Positions 1-11,415 of a stretch of DNA of 32,492 nucleotides are shown one piece after another. Source of the DNA: Myxococcota bacterium (lineage in GTDB: Bacteria > Myxococcota > Myxococcia > Myxococcales > Myxococcaceae); NCBI GenBank assembly GCA_049322255.1, contig JBMORE010000029.1, forward strand, positions 1-32,492, given 5' to 3'. How positions within the stretch are numbered: the first letter of the stretch is position 1; each line of letters begins with the position of its first letter. The notes beneath the pieces were generated by a model. The model made no database searches. It was not told where the DNA came from and saw only the letters and a program-made list of their open reading frames with translations. Both the position numbers and the translations under genes were made by a program.

Positions 1-28
1 CCCATTGGGAGAGGGTCGGGGTGAGGGG
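1..28 (+). repeat. boxC/REP-like palindromic repeat, cut by the window edge
   Basis: CCC-ATT-GGGAGAGGG-TC-GGGGTGAGGGG; same unit as at 6253-6286, 6313-6346 and 12738-12763. Confidence 0.8.
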
Positions 29-238
29 CCCGTGTTCTTCTGAACGCTCAGGCTGATCCGCCGATCCATTTCGCCCAAAGGCCATCGCGCGCATCATCCG
101 CGGCCATGGAAGCGAACGTCGCCCAACCGGGAGAGAGATGGATTCGCCGCCTCGCCGCCGCGCGCAGCGAGTGGAGCGCGGTGAAGGGCAGCCTCCGGTG
201 CTTCGCTCAGGTGCTCGCGGAGTCGGCCCGTCACTCCC

Positions 239-3440
<3,202 letters not shown>

Positions 3441-3457
<17 letters not shown>

Positions 3458-4364
3458 CGAGGATGAGCTTCTCCAAAAGGGCTTTCTGCACGTGGAGGCG
3501 ATTTTCCGCCTCGTCGTAGATGGCCGACTGCTTCGAGTCCATCACTTCCGCGGTGATTTCCTCGCCCCGGTGGGCAGGCAGGCAGTGGAGCACGATGGCG
3601 CTCGGCTTGGCCATCTGAAGCAGAGCCTGGTCCACGCAGTAACCCTCGAGCGCCGCCAGCCGCCGTGCGCTCTCTTTCTCCTGCCCCATGCTCGTCCACA
3701 CGTCGGTGCTCACCACGTCGGCCCCCTTCACCGCCTCGGAGGGTGTGTCGACCAACTGCACGTGCCCCTTGGCGGCGTCGACGTCGGCGGCACAGAGGCG
3801 AAACCCCTCGGGGGCGGCGATGCGCAGCGAAAAGTCGAACAGGCGCGCCGCCTCGGCCCAGGAGCGGGCCATGTTCGAGGCGCCATCTCCCACCCACGCC
3901 ACCACCTTGCCTTGCACTCCGCCCAACCGCTCCTCGACGGTGAACAGGTCGGCCAAAAGCTGCACCGGGTGGCCGCCGTCGGTGAGCCCGTTGATCACCG
4001 GGACGCTCGCGTGGCGGGCGAATTCGCCCAGCCGATCGTCGCCGAAGGTGCGCACCATGAGAGCGTCGCAGTAGCGCGAGGTGACCTTCGCCGTGTCCGA
4101 CAGGGGCTCCCCGCGCGCCAGCTGGCTCTCCGAGTAGGGCAGGGTGATGGCGTGCCCACCGAGCTGAAACATCGCCGCCTCGAAGGACAGCCGGGTGCGG
4201 GTGGAGGCCTTCTCAAAGATGAGCACCAGCGTCCGCCCACCGAGCGAGGACTCGACGAGGCGCTCCTTCCAGCGACGCTTGAGCTCGTGCGCGCGCAAGA
4301 AGAGCGAGCGGTGCTCGGCGAGGGAAAGGTCGGAGAGGGTGAGAAAGTGACGGGGGACCTTCAC
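3441..4364 (-). CDS. argF: Ornithine carbamoyltransferase
   Basis: 307 aa; STRT, HPVQ, DVWTSMG and HCLP motifs; GTG start overlaps the argH stop (GTGA). Confidence 0.98.
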
Positions 4365-5803
4365 AGCGGCGCCTCCTTGAGGTGTGCGAACAGCTGGTCG
4401 ATGCGCGGGACTTTCGCCGCCAGCTCCCGGGTGCGCGCGACCGCCTCTTTCAGCTGCGCGAGCGCTTGCGCGACCGGCTGGGGCCCGGTGCTTCCCGCGC
4501 TTTGCTTACGGCCCACCGAGCTCAAAGGTTGCGCGGCGGCGAGCACCTCGGCGTCGAGGCGGGGGTCGATGCCTTGGGCCAGCGTGAGGCTCGCCTTCGC
4601 CAGGGGCAAGCCCTTCTCCTGGCAGCGTCGCACCAGCGTGCCGACCAGCTGGTAGGCAGCGCGGAAGGGCACCCCCTTCTTCACCAGCGCCTCGGCGAGG
4701 TCGGTGGCCTGCATCATGTCGCTCTCCACCGCCGCGCGGCAGCGCTCCTTGTCGAAGGTCACCCGCGGCAGCGCCAGCTGGAGAATGGAGAGCACGCTTC
4801 GCACCAAAGGCCCGGTCTCGAGCAAGGCCTGCCGGTCTTCCTGGAGGTCGCGGTTGTAACCACCCGGCAGCCCCTTCACCGTCACCAAGAGGCCGACGAG
4901 GTTTCCCACCGCGCGCCCGCTCTTGCCCCGCACCAGCTCGAAGACGTCGGGGTTTTTCTTCTGCGGCATCATCGAGGAGCCGCAGGAAATTTCTCCGTCC
5001 AGCTTGGCGTACCCGAACTCGGCCGAGGTGAAGTCGATGAGGTCGGTGGAGAGCCGGCTGGCGTGGAGGAGAAACCGCGCCGCCGCGTAGGTGAAGTCGA
5101 GCGCGAAGTCTCGGTCGCCCACCGTGTCGAGACCGTTGGCGGTCAGGCGAGAAAAGCGCAAGAGCCCGCGGGTGAGCTCGCGGTCGATGGGCAGTGAGGT
5201 GCCGGCGATGGCGCCCACTCCCAAGGGCAGCGCGTCGGCCTGCTCGAGCACGAAGCGAAACGCCTCGGCGTCGCGGGCGAACATCTCGGCGTACGCGCCC
5301 AGCCAGTAGGAGAGCGAAATCGGCTGCGCGCGCTGGCGGTGGGTATACGAAGGCAGGACGGTTTCCTTCTCGCGCTCGGCCCGTTCGACCAGCTGTTCGA
5401 CGAGCGCGGCGAGCAAGGCCACGATGAGCGCGCACTGCTCGCGCACGTGCAACCGCAGGTCGAGGGCGACTTGGTCGTTTCGGGAGCGCGCGGTGTGTAA
5501 GAGCCCGGCCGGTGCACCCAAGCGGCGGGTGAGCTCTGCCTCCACCGCCATGTGCACGTCCTCTTCGTCAGGAAGCGTCAGCGCGCCTCGTTCCGCCTCT
5601 TCCCAGAGCGCCACCAGCCCCCGGTGGATGTCCGCCGCCTCTTTCGCCGGCAGGATGCGGGTGCGCGCGAGCATGGCCAGGTGCGCCAGGCTGCCCACCA
5701 AGTCTTCACGGAGCAGCGCGCGGTCGAGGGCGAGCGAGCTGGAGAAGGCCAACACGTCGGGATGGAGCCCGCTGCCTCCGGAGGCCTCGGTCTTGGCAAT
5801 CAC
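4361..5803 (-). CDS. argH: Argininosuccinate lyase
   Basis: EDVHM, HTARSRNDQ, SSMMPQKKNPD and YNRDLQED motifs; start moved to GTG 5803, which overlaps the argR TGA (ORF track extends to 5824). Confidence 0.97.
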   Translation of the reverse strand: MIAKTEASGGSGLHPDVLAFSSSLALDRALLREDLVGSLAHLAMLARTRILPAKEAADIHRGLVALWEEAERGALTLPDEEDVHMAVEAELTRRLGAPAGLLHTARSRNDQVALDLRLHVREQCALIVALLAALVEQLVERAEREKETVLPSYTHRQRAQPISLSYWLGAYAEMFARDAEAFRFVLEQADALPLGVGAIAGTSLPIDRELTRGLLRFSRLTANGLDTVGDRDFALDFTYAAARFLLHASRLSTDLIDFTSAEFGYAKLDGEISCGSSMMPQKKNPDVFELVRGKSGRAVGNLVGLLVTVKGLPGGYNRDLQEDRQALLETGPLVRSVLSILQLALPRVTFDKERCRAAVESDMMQATDLAEALVKKGVPFRAAYQLVGTLVRRCQEKGLPLAKASLTLAQGIDPRLDAEVLAAAQPLSSVGRKQSAGSTGPQPVAQALAQLKEAVARTRELAAKVPRIDQLFAHLKEAPL

Positions 5804-6297
5804 TGCAGGCCGCCTTTCCGCCACAACGCTTCGAGGTGCCGGGAGACTCGTCCCGGTGCGACGCCCCGCGCAGGGGCGATGAAGATGGTGTCGTCTCCCG
5901 CGATGGTGCCGGCGATTTGCGAAAGCCGCGCGCGGTCGATGGTGAGCGCGACCGCCGAGGCCGCACCGGGCAGAGTGTGTATCACCACCAGCGCGCCGGT
6001 GTGGGTGACCGAGGTGACCATGTCGCGCAGCGCCGCCAACGCGTCGGGGGTGGGGCCCGCCCGCTCCTCCAGCTCGTAGGTGGTGCCACCCTCGGGGAGG
6101 GCCACCCGCCTCGCCCCCAACCGCGCCAAGTCACGTGAGAGCGTCGCCTGCGTCACCTCGAAGCCTTCCTTGGCCAGGAGCAGGCGCAATTCCTCCTGAG
6201 TGCCCACTTGGCGGGAACGAATCAGCTCGCGGATGGCGGCGTGCCGACTACTCCCTCTCCCTCTGGGAGAGGGTGGGGGTGAGGGGCGCAAATTCAT
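5800..6297 (-). CDS. argR: Arginine repressor
   Basis: TQEEL...VTQATLSRDL winged HTH and GTIAGDDTIF arginine-binding motif; ATG 6297 overlaps the argJB stop (ATGA), alternative ATG at 6309. Confidence 0.96.
   Translation of the reverse strand: MNLRPSPPPSPRGRGSSRHAAIRELIRSRQVGTQEELRLLLAKEGFEVTQATLSRDLARLGARRVALPEGGTTYELEERAGPTPDALAALRDMVTSVTHTGALVVIHTLPGAASAVALTIDRARLSQIAGTIAGDDTIFIAPARGVAPGRVSRHLEALWRKGGLQ
6253..6286 (+). repeat. boxC/REP-like palindromic repeat inside the 5' end of argR
   Basis: CCCTCTCCC-TCT-GGGAGAGGG-T-GGGGGTGAGGGG; read in argR as PSPPPSPRGRG. Confidence 0.85.
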
Positions 6298-8423
6298 ATT
6301 CCTATCCATGTTCCCTCACCCTTTCCCTCTCCCACGGGGAGAGGGGTGATCAGCGTGCCCACGCCCTTGTCGGTGAAGAGCTCGGCGATGATGCTGTGGG
6401 GGGTGCGGCCGTCGAGGACGTGCACCCGTTCCACTCCGGCGCCGAGCGCGCGCAGAATCGACTTGGCCTTGGTCGTCATTCCCCCCGACACCAACCCCGC
6501 CTCCAGGCGGCGGCGCAGCTCGTCGGCGGTCAGCTCGCTCACCAGCTCCGCGCCCTCGAGAATGCCGGGCACGTCGGTGAGGAAGATGAGCTTGTGAGCG
6601 CCAAGCGCGCTGGCGACCTCGGCGGCCACCGCGTCGCCGTTCAGGTGGTAGCTCTCGCCGTCCTCACCGATGCCGATGGGGGAGATGACCGGGACGTACC
6701 CTTGGTCGAGCAGCATCTCCAAAAAGGGCTTGTTCACCTGGGTGACTTCGCCCACGTGCCCCAGGTCGCGGCCGCTCTCCGAGAAAAGCTTCTTCGCGCG
6801 CAAGAGGGCGCCGTCCTTGCCGCTCACTCCCACCGCGTGGCCTCCGCCGCGATTGAGCAGCGACACCAGGTCGCCGTTGATGGAGCCGGCGAGCACCATC
6901 TCCACCAGCTTGAAGTCGGCGGCGTCGGTGACCCGCACCCCGTCGACCAGCTCGGCCTTGCGTCCCGCCCGCTCGAGCGCCTTGGCGATTTCCGGCCCGC
7001 CGCCGTGCACCACGATTGGCTTGAGGCCCACCGAACGTAAGAGGTTGATGTCTTCACAGAAGGACTTCTTCAGTCCCTCCTTGACCATCGCCGCGCCGCC
7101 GTACTTCACCACGCAGCGTTTTCCCGCGAAGCGCGAGATGTACGAGAGCGCCTCCACCAGCAGCGAGACCTTGAACGAGGGGCTGTAGTTGGCCAGCCGG
7201 TCGTCCTTGGCCACCCCGCCGTCGGGCGTCTGCACGATGAGCGAGGTGTAGTCGGCGTTGAGCTTCACGTAGTCGTACGAGAGGTCGCATCCCCATGCGG
7301 TCGCCGAGGCCTCGCCCACGCCGAGCGCGACCTCCACCTTCACCTCGGGGCCGCGCAGCTTGGCGCGCAAGGAGGCGGCGTCGGCGCCCACCGGCGCCCC
7401 TTGGTAGACGGTCACTCCTTGGAGCGCCACCGTGGCCGCGGCCGGGTCGAGCTCCCACCCTTGGGAGCCGGCGCGCGCGCCCACCGTGGCCAGCACCCGG
7501 CCCCAGTTGGGGTCGGCCCCGAAGATGGCCGCCTTCACCAAGGAGGAACCGGCAATCGACTTGGCCAAATCGCGCGCCACTTCGTCGCTGGGCGCGCCGC
7601 GCACCGTCACCTCGAGGAGCTTGGTCGCGCCCTCGCCGTCGGCGGCGATCTCCTTGGCCAGCTCGACGCACAGCTCGCGCAAGGCGGTGGAGAAGGCGGT
7701 GAACGCCTCTCCTGGATCGCTGATGCGGGGATTTTTGGCGCGAGCGTTGGCCAGCGCGAGCACCGCGTCGTTGGTGCTCATGTCGTTGTCCACGGTGAGC
7801 ATGTTGAAGCTTTGGCCCATTGCCGCCTTCAGGGCCTGGTCGAGGGCGCTGGAGGAGATGGCGCAGTCGGTCACCACCACGACGAGCATGGTGGCCAGCT
7901 GGGGAGCAATCATCCCCGACCCTTTGGCCAGGGCGGCGAGGGTCACCTCCTTGCCGCCGATCGCCACCGTTCGCGAGGCCAGCTTCACCCGGGTGTCGGT
8001 GGTCATGATCGCTTCTGCGGCCGGCAGTGCGTCGACGCCCAGCCCGCGGACGAGCGCCGGCGCCGCCTCGATGAGCTTCTTCGCCGGCAGCCGAACGCCG
8101 ATGACACCGGTGGAGGCGCACAGCACCGCCTCGGGCGGCAGCTTCAGCTCGGCACCGACGGCTCTTCGCACCGCCTGCACGTCTTCCAGCCCGGCCGGCC
8201 CGGTGAGCGCGTTGGCGTTGCCGCTGTTCAAAACCACCGCCCGCATCCCTTCGGCCGGCAGCCGCGCCTGGGCATCGAGCACCGGAGCCGCCTTGGCCTT
8301 GTTGGCGGTGAAGCAACCCGCGGCGGTGCAGGCGGTCTCGCTGTAGACCAGCGCCAAGTCCTTGCGGCTGGGTTTGATGCCCGCGTGGACCGCGGCGAAG
8401 GAGAAGCCTTTGGGAACCTTCAC
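6294..8423 (-). CDS. argJ-argB: Fusion of ArgJ (ornithine/glutamate N-acetyltransferase) and ArgB (N-acetylglutamate kinase)
   Basis: 709 aa single ORF. First ~395 aa: STGVIG, IMTTDT, KGSGMIAPQLATML, DMSTND, DGEGATK, DPNWGR, YVKLNADYTS. Then NAGK: VVKYGGAAM, VVHGGGPEI, DGVRVT, NGDAVA, SGGMTTK, ELFTDKGVGT. Confidence 0.95.
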   Translation of the reverse strand: MKVPKGFSFAAVHAGIKPSRKDLALVYSETACTAAGCFTANKAKAAPVLDAQARLPAEGMRAVVLNSGNANALTGPAGLEDVQAVRRAVGAELKLPPEAVLCASTGVIGVRLPAKKLIEAAPALVRGLGVDALPAAEAIMTTDTRVKLASRTVAIGGKEVTLAALAKGSGMIAPQLATMLVVVVTDCAISSSALDQALKAAMGQSFNMLTVDNDMSTNDAVLALANARAKNPRISDPGEAFTAFSTALRELCVELAKEIAADGEGATKLLEVTVRGAPSDEVARDLAKSIAGSSLVKAAIFGADPNWGRVLATVGARAGSQGWELDPAAATVALQGVTVYQGAPVGADAASLRAKLRGPEVKVEVALGVGEASATAWGCDLSYDYVKLNADYTSLIVQTPDGGVAKDDRLANYSPSFKVSLLVEALSYISRFAGKRCVVKYGGAAMVKEGLKKSFCEDINLLRSVGLKPIVVHGGGPEIAKALERAGRKAELVDGVRVTDAADFKLVEMVLAGSINGDLVSLLNRGGGHAVGVSGKDGALLRAKKLFSESGRDLGHVGEVTQVNKPFLEMLLDQGYVPVISPIGIGEDGESYHLNGDAVAAEVASALGAHKLIFLTDVPGILEGAELVSELTADELRRRLEAGLVSGGMTTKAKSILRALGAGVERVHVLDGRTPHSIIAELFTDKGVGTLITPLPVGEGKGEGTWIGI
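6313..6346 (-). repeat. boxC/REP-like palindromic repeat inside the 3' end of argJB, inverted relative to 6253-6286
   Basis: minus strand CCCCTCTCCC-CGT-GGGAGAGGG-AAA-GGGTGAGGG; read as PLPVGEGKGEG. Confidence 0.85.
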
Positions 8424-9466
8424 GGGTAAAACCCACGCGCGGCGGAAAGGCCGGTGGTTTCCTCGAGCCCCAAAAGAAGGTTCAGGTTCTGCACCGCCTG
8501 CCCGGCGGCACCTTTCACCAGGTTGTCGATCGCGCCCGTCACCACCAGCCGCTCGCCGTCACAGGAAAAGCCCAAGCGGCAGCGGTTGGTGCCCACCACC
8601 GCCTTGAGCGACACCTCATCGGCGGAAGGAGCCAGCGCCACGAAAGGCTCGGCACGATAGGCGTCGGCAAAGGCCGCAGCCACCGAGGCGGCGTTGGCCT
8701 TGGGCGCCAAGCGGGCGAAGCTGGTGGAGAGGATGCCGCGCTTCACCGGCAACAGGTGCGGGGTGAAGGTGAGAGGCACCTCGGTACCCGCTCCGCGCGA
8801 GAGCGTCTGGGAGATTTCGGGCGTGTGCTGGTGCCGCAAGACCCGGTAGGCGCGGAAGTCGCCAGCCACTTCGGTGAAGCTGAAGTCTTCACTCGCCTTG
8901 CGGCCGGCGCCGGTGACTCCCGACGCGGCGTTGATGACGATGGACGTCGGGTCGATGAGGCCAGCGCGCAGCAGCGGAAAGAGCGACAGCGCCGCGGCGG
9001 TGGGGTAGCAGCCGGGGTTGGCGATGAGGCGGCGGCCGGCCAGCTCGGCGCGAAACAGCTCGGGGAGCCCGTAGCCCGCCTCGGCGAGCAGCTGCGGCGC
9101 CTGGTGGGCAAATCCGTAGTGCTGCGGATAGGCGTCGGCTTGGCGCAGGCGGAACGCTCCCGAGAGGTCGATCACCTTCACTTTTCCTGCAAGGAGCGGA
9201 GGTACCCACTTCAGCGACGCTTCGGCGGGAGTGGCCAGCAACACCACCTCGCAAGAGGCGCTCAGCCCCACCCCCTCGTCTTGGGCGACGTAGGTCAACT
9301 TTCCGGTGGAGCCTCCTACGCCCGTACGCTTCTCCACGCTCTCCCCCACCCACCGATCGCTGGTGACGAAACGCAGCTCCACACACGGGTGCGCCGCGAG
9401 CAGGCGGGTCAGCTCGATGCCCGAAAACCCCGACGCCCCCACGATGCCCACCGGATGATTATGCAT
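8420..9466 (-). CDS. argC: N-acetyl-gamma-glutamyl-phosphate reductase
   Basis: GIVGASGFSG, DLSGAFRL, ANPGCYPT, SGVTGAG, HQHTPEI and DNLVKGAAGQA motifs; start set at ATG 9466 (MHNHPVGIVG), the track extension to 9742 looks non-coding. Confidence 0.97.
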   Translation of the reverse strand: MHNHPVGIVGASGFSGIELTRLLAAHPCVELRFVTSDRWVGESVEKRTGVGGSTGKLTYVAQDEGVGLSASCEVVLLATPAEASLKWVPPLLAGKVKVIDLSGAFRLRQADAYPQHYGFAHQAPQLLAEAGYGLPELFRAELAGRRLIANPGCYPTAAALSLFPLLRAGLIDPTSIVINAASGVTGAGRKASEDFSFTEVAGDFRAYRVLRHQHTPEISQTLSRGAGTEVPLTFTPHLLPVKRGILSTSFARLAPKANAASVAAAFADAYRAEPFVALAPSADEVSLKAVVGTNRCRLGFSCDGERLVVTGAIDNLVKGAAGQAVQNLNLLLGLEETTGLSAARGFYP

Positions 9467-9487
9467 GGTGATGCATATATATACGTC
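9450..9487. promoter_or_regulatory. ArgR operator (ARG boxes) overlapping the argC start
   Basis: AT-rich island; near-palindrome TATGCAT-GGTG-ATGCATA at 9460-9477 fits the TGMAT-N4-ATKCA ARG-box core; weaker overlapping cores at 9452-9465 and 9472-9485. Confidence 0.75.
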
Positions 9488-9502
9488 AACCGATTGGGTC
9501 AA
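9474..9502 (-). promoter_or_regulatory. Putative sigma70-type promoter of the arg operon
   Basis: minus strand TTGACC (9502-9497), 17 nt, TATATG (9479-9474), 7 nt, ATG; a second TTGACG at 9489-9484. Confidence 0.45.
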
Positions 9503-9644
9503 GCGGGGTGTGCGATTCGGCCTGAGGCCAGATGCTCGGTGTCGGGCGCGTTGGGCTTCGCCGACGTCGACGTGCGCCGGCGTGCATGAGAATGCGGCAC
9601 GGTGTTCTTGTGGCTCTGCCCGCGAAGGGCGAAGCTCAAAGGTC

Positions 9645-10190
9645 ATGACTCTTCGCATGCTCTTGACGCTTGGCGCCACCCTGCTTCCGGCGATTGCCTG
9701 GGCCGAGCTGCCCAGGGACGCGCCGGTGCGCGACGTTCCCACGGCGCCGGTGGTCGAGCCCTACCCGTGGCATGAAACCAGGGCCAAGCCGATTCCTCCT
9801 GGTGCCCGGTTGGTGCGAGAGACCAGCGCGCTCACCGTGCTGGGCGGGGTCGTCGCCGGCATTCCCTATGTCATCTCGCTCGCCGTCGGGGGGCTGGTGA
9901 CCTATGTAAACCTCATTGCGCTGCTCGCCGGGGCGCCGATGCTCTGGGAGTTTCCTTTGCTGATGGTGCCCGTGGTGGGGCCGTTCTGGTCCTACCTGGC
10001 CTCCGGCGCTCGTCATCAGGACAAGCTCGTCTATCTCTGGGACGGCAGCCTACAGGCGGTCGGCGTCGCGTTGGTGTTGCTCGGGCGGGAGCAGTCGAAC
10101 GAGACCTGGGTGTATCCACGCGGCGGTGGAGGATTTGCCCCGCGCGCCACGTTCTCGGTGACGGGGCCAGGGGTACGCATGAGCTGGTAG
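9645..10190 (+). CDS. Hypothetical exported/membrane protein
   Basis: Signal-peptide-like start (MTLRMLLTLGATLLPAIAWA), hydrophobic segments including VPVVGPF, ends in W; start at ATG 9645 or 9657 rather than 9465. Confidence 0.7.
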   Translation: MTLRMLLTLGATLLPAIAWAELPRDAPVRDVPTAPVVEPYPWHETRAKPIPPGARLVRETSALTVLGGVVAGIPYVISLAVGGLVTYVNLIALLAGAPMLWEFPLLMVPVVGPFWSYLASGARHQDKLVYLWDGSLQAVGVALVLLGREQSNETWVYPRGGGGFAPRATFSVTGPGVRMSW

Positions 10191-10208
10191 GGTGCCGGAG
10201 CGCGTCGT

Positions 10209-10748
10209 TCAGCCCGGACGCGCAGGCTCCCAGCCGATCGCCACCGCGACGAAGGGAATTTGAAAGCTGGCCACGCCGAACTCGAACGAGGTGTAAACCT
10301 CGCCCAGCCGCAGCCGCGCGCCGAACCCCGGGTTGAAGAGCGGAAGCACCGCGTTCGTTCCGGTGCTCGTCTCGGGTCCGGCGAGAAACCCGGCGGAGAA
10401 GGTGGGGTAGAGGGTGAGCGGGTCGACGGTTTGGAAATAGAAGCGCACGTCGGCCGCCGCTCCCAAGCCGTAGTCGGCTTTGCCGATGCGCATCGAAGGG
10501 ACGGCGGGAGGGTTGGCCATGCCCATCAAGTGCAGGCCGAAGCCGACGCCGCGTCGAGCAGCCACTCCCAATTCTACCGCCATGCTGGGCGCCAAGCCGC
10601 GCCCACCGGGCGGAATCGCCACGCCCGAGCGCAGACCGCCAAAGAAGCGCGCCTGCTCTGCCCAGTCGGAGACGACGGGCGGGTTGCTGCTCGCCAGCGC
10701 AGAGCCAGTGCAAAGAAGGAACATGAGCGGCAGTGCAAGACGGTTCAT
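10209..10748 (-). CDS. Small outer-membrane beta-barrel-like protein
   Basis: 179 aa; signal peptide, alternating Gly/aromatic amphipathic strands (DVRFYF, YPTFSAGF, GFGARL, FEFG); GGAGG RBS. Confidence 0.7.
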   Translation of the reverse strand: MNRLALPLMFLLCTGSALASSNPPVVSDWAEQARFFGGLRSGVAIPPGGRGLAPSMAVELGVAARRGVGFGLHLMGMANPPAVPSMRIGKADYGLGAAADVRFYFQTVDPLTLYPTFSAGFLAGPETSTGTNAVLPLFNPGFGARLRLGEVYTSFEFGVASFQIPFVAVAIGWEPARPG

Positions 10749-10780
10749 CGACGACCTCCGGGTTCGAGTGGCGCCTCACC

Positions 10781-10798
10781 TTGCACCGCGGGTGCCAG
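10781..10798 (-). promoter_or_regulatory. sigma54 (-24/-12) promoter for the 10209-10748 gene
   Basis: minus strand CTGGCAC-CCGCG-GTGCAA with exact GG-N10-GC spacing, about 35 nt upstream of the ATG. Confidence 0.7.
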
Positions 10799-10838
10799 AA
10801 CGCTTCCTGCGGGGTTACGACACTGCTCGCCGCTCGCG

Positions 10839-10858
10839 TTGCGCAAAAGGATGCGCAA
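10839..10858. promoter_or_regulatory. Palindromic regulator site, candidate enhancer for the sigma54 promoter
   Basis: perfect inverted repeat TTGCGCA-N6-TGCGCAA plus a related TTGCTCAA at 10860-10867, in the divergent intergenic region. Confidence 0.55.
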
Positions 10859-10932
10859 GTTGCTCAACCGCACCGAGATCGTTTGCACGACCAGCCGGCG
10901 CGCGGTACTGACCAGCACCCGAGGAGGAGTCG

Positions 10933-11406
10933 ATGACTCTCAAACGCCCCGCGCTCAATCCTGCCGATGTGTCGCCACGCTCGAGCTCCAGCTACCCCGA
11001 GCCTTTTCGTTCGCGCGTGCTCCCGCGGGAGAAGCGGGCGCTCGCAGACGCGCTCGGGCTGACCAAGTTTGGCGTCAACCTGACCACGTTGCCGCCGGGC
11101 AAGGAATCGTCGATGCGCCACTTTCACACCCTCGAGGACGAGATGGTGTTCGTGCTGGAGGGAGAAGTGGTGCTGCGCACCGACGAGGGTGAACAGGTGC
11201 TGACGGCGGGCACCTGTGCCGGGTTCCCTGCAGGTTCGAAGAACGGGCACCAGCTCGTCAACCGCGGCGACCGGCCGGCCCGCTATCTCGAGATCAGCAA
11301 CCGAGAGCCGGACGACGCCGCTGCGTATCCGGACGTCGACCTCGCCTACCGCAAGGGGCCGCAAGGGCAAGCTGTCTTCACCCGCAAGGACGGCACACCT
11401 TATTGA
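10933..11406 (+). CDS. Cupin domain protein
   Basis: 157 aa; FGVNL..LPPG..SSMRHFHTLEDEMVFVLEGE and GFPAG...GHQL cupin motifs, YPDVDL tail; GAGGAGG RBS. Confidence 0.9.
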   Translation: MTLKRPALNPADVSPRSSSSYPEPFRSRVLPREKRALADALGLTKFGVNLTTLPPGKESSMRHFHTLEDEMVFVLEGEVVLRTDEGEQVLTAGTCAGFPAGSKNGHQLVNRGDRPARYLEISNREPDDAAAYPDVDLAYRKGPQGQAVFTRKDGTPY

Positions 11407-11415
11407 GGAGCCGCC

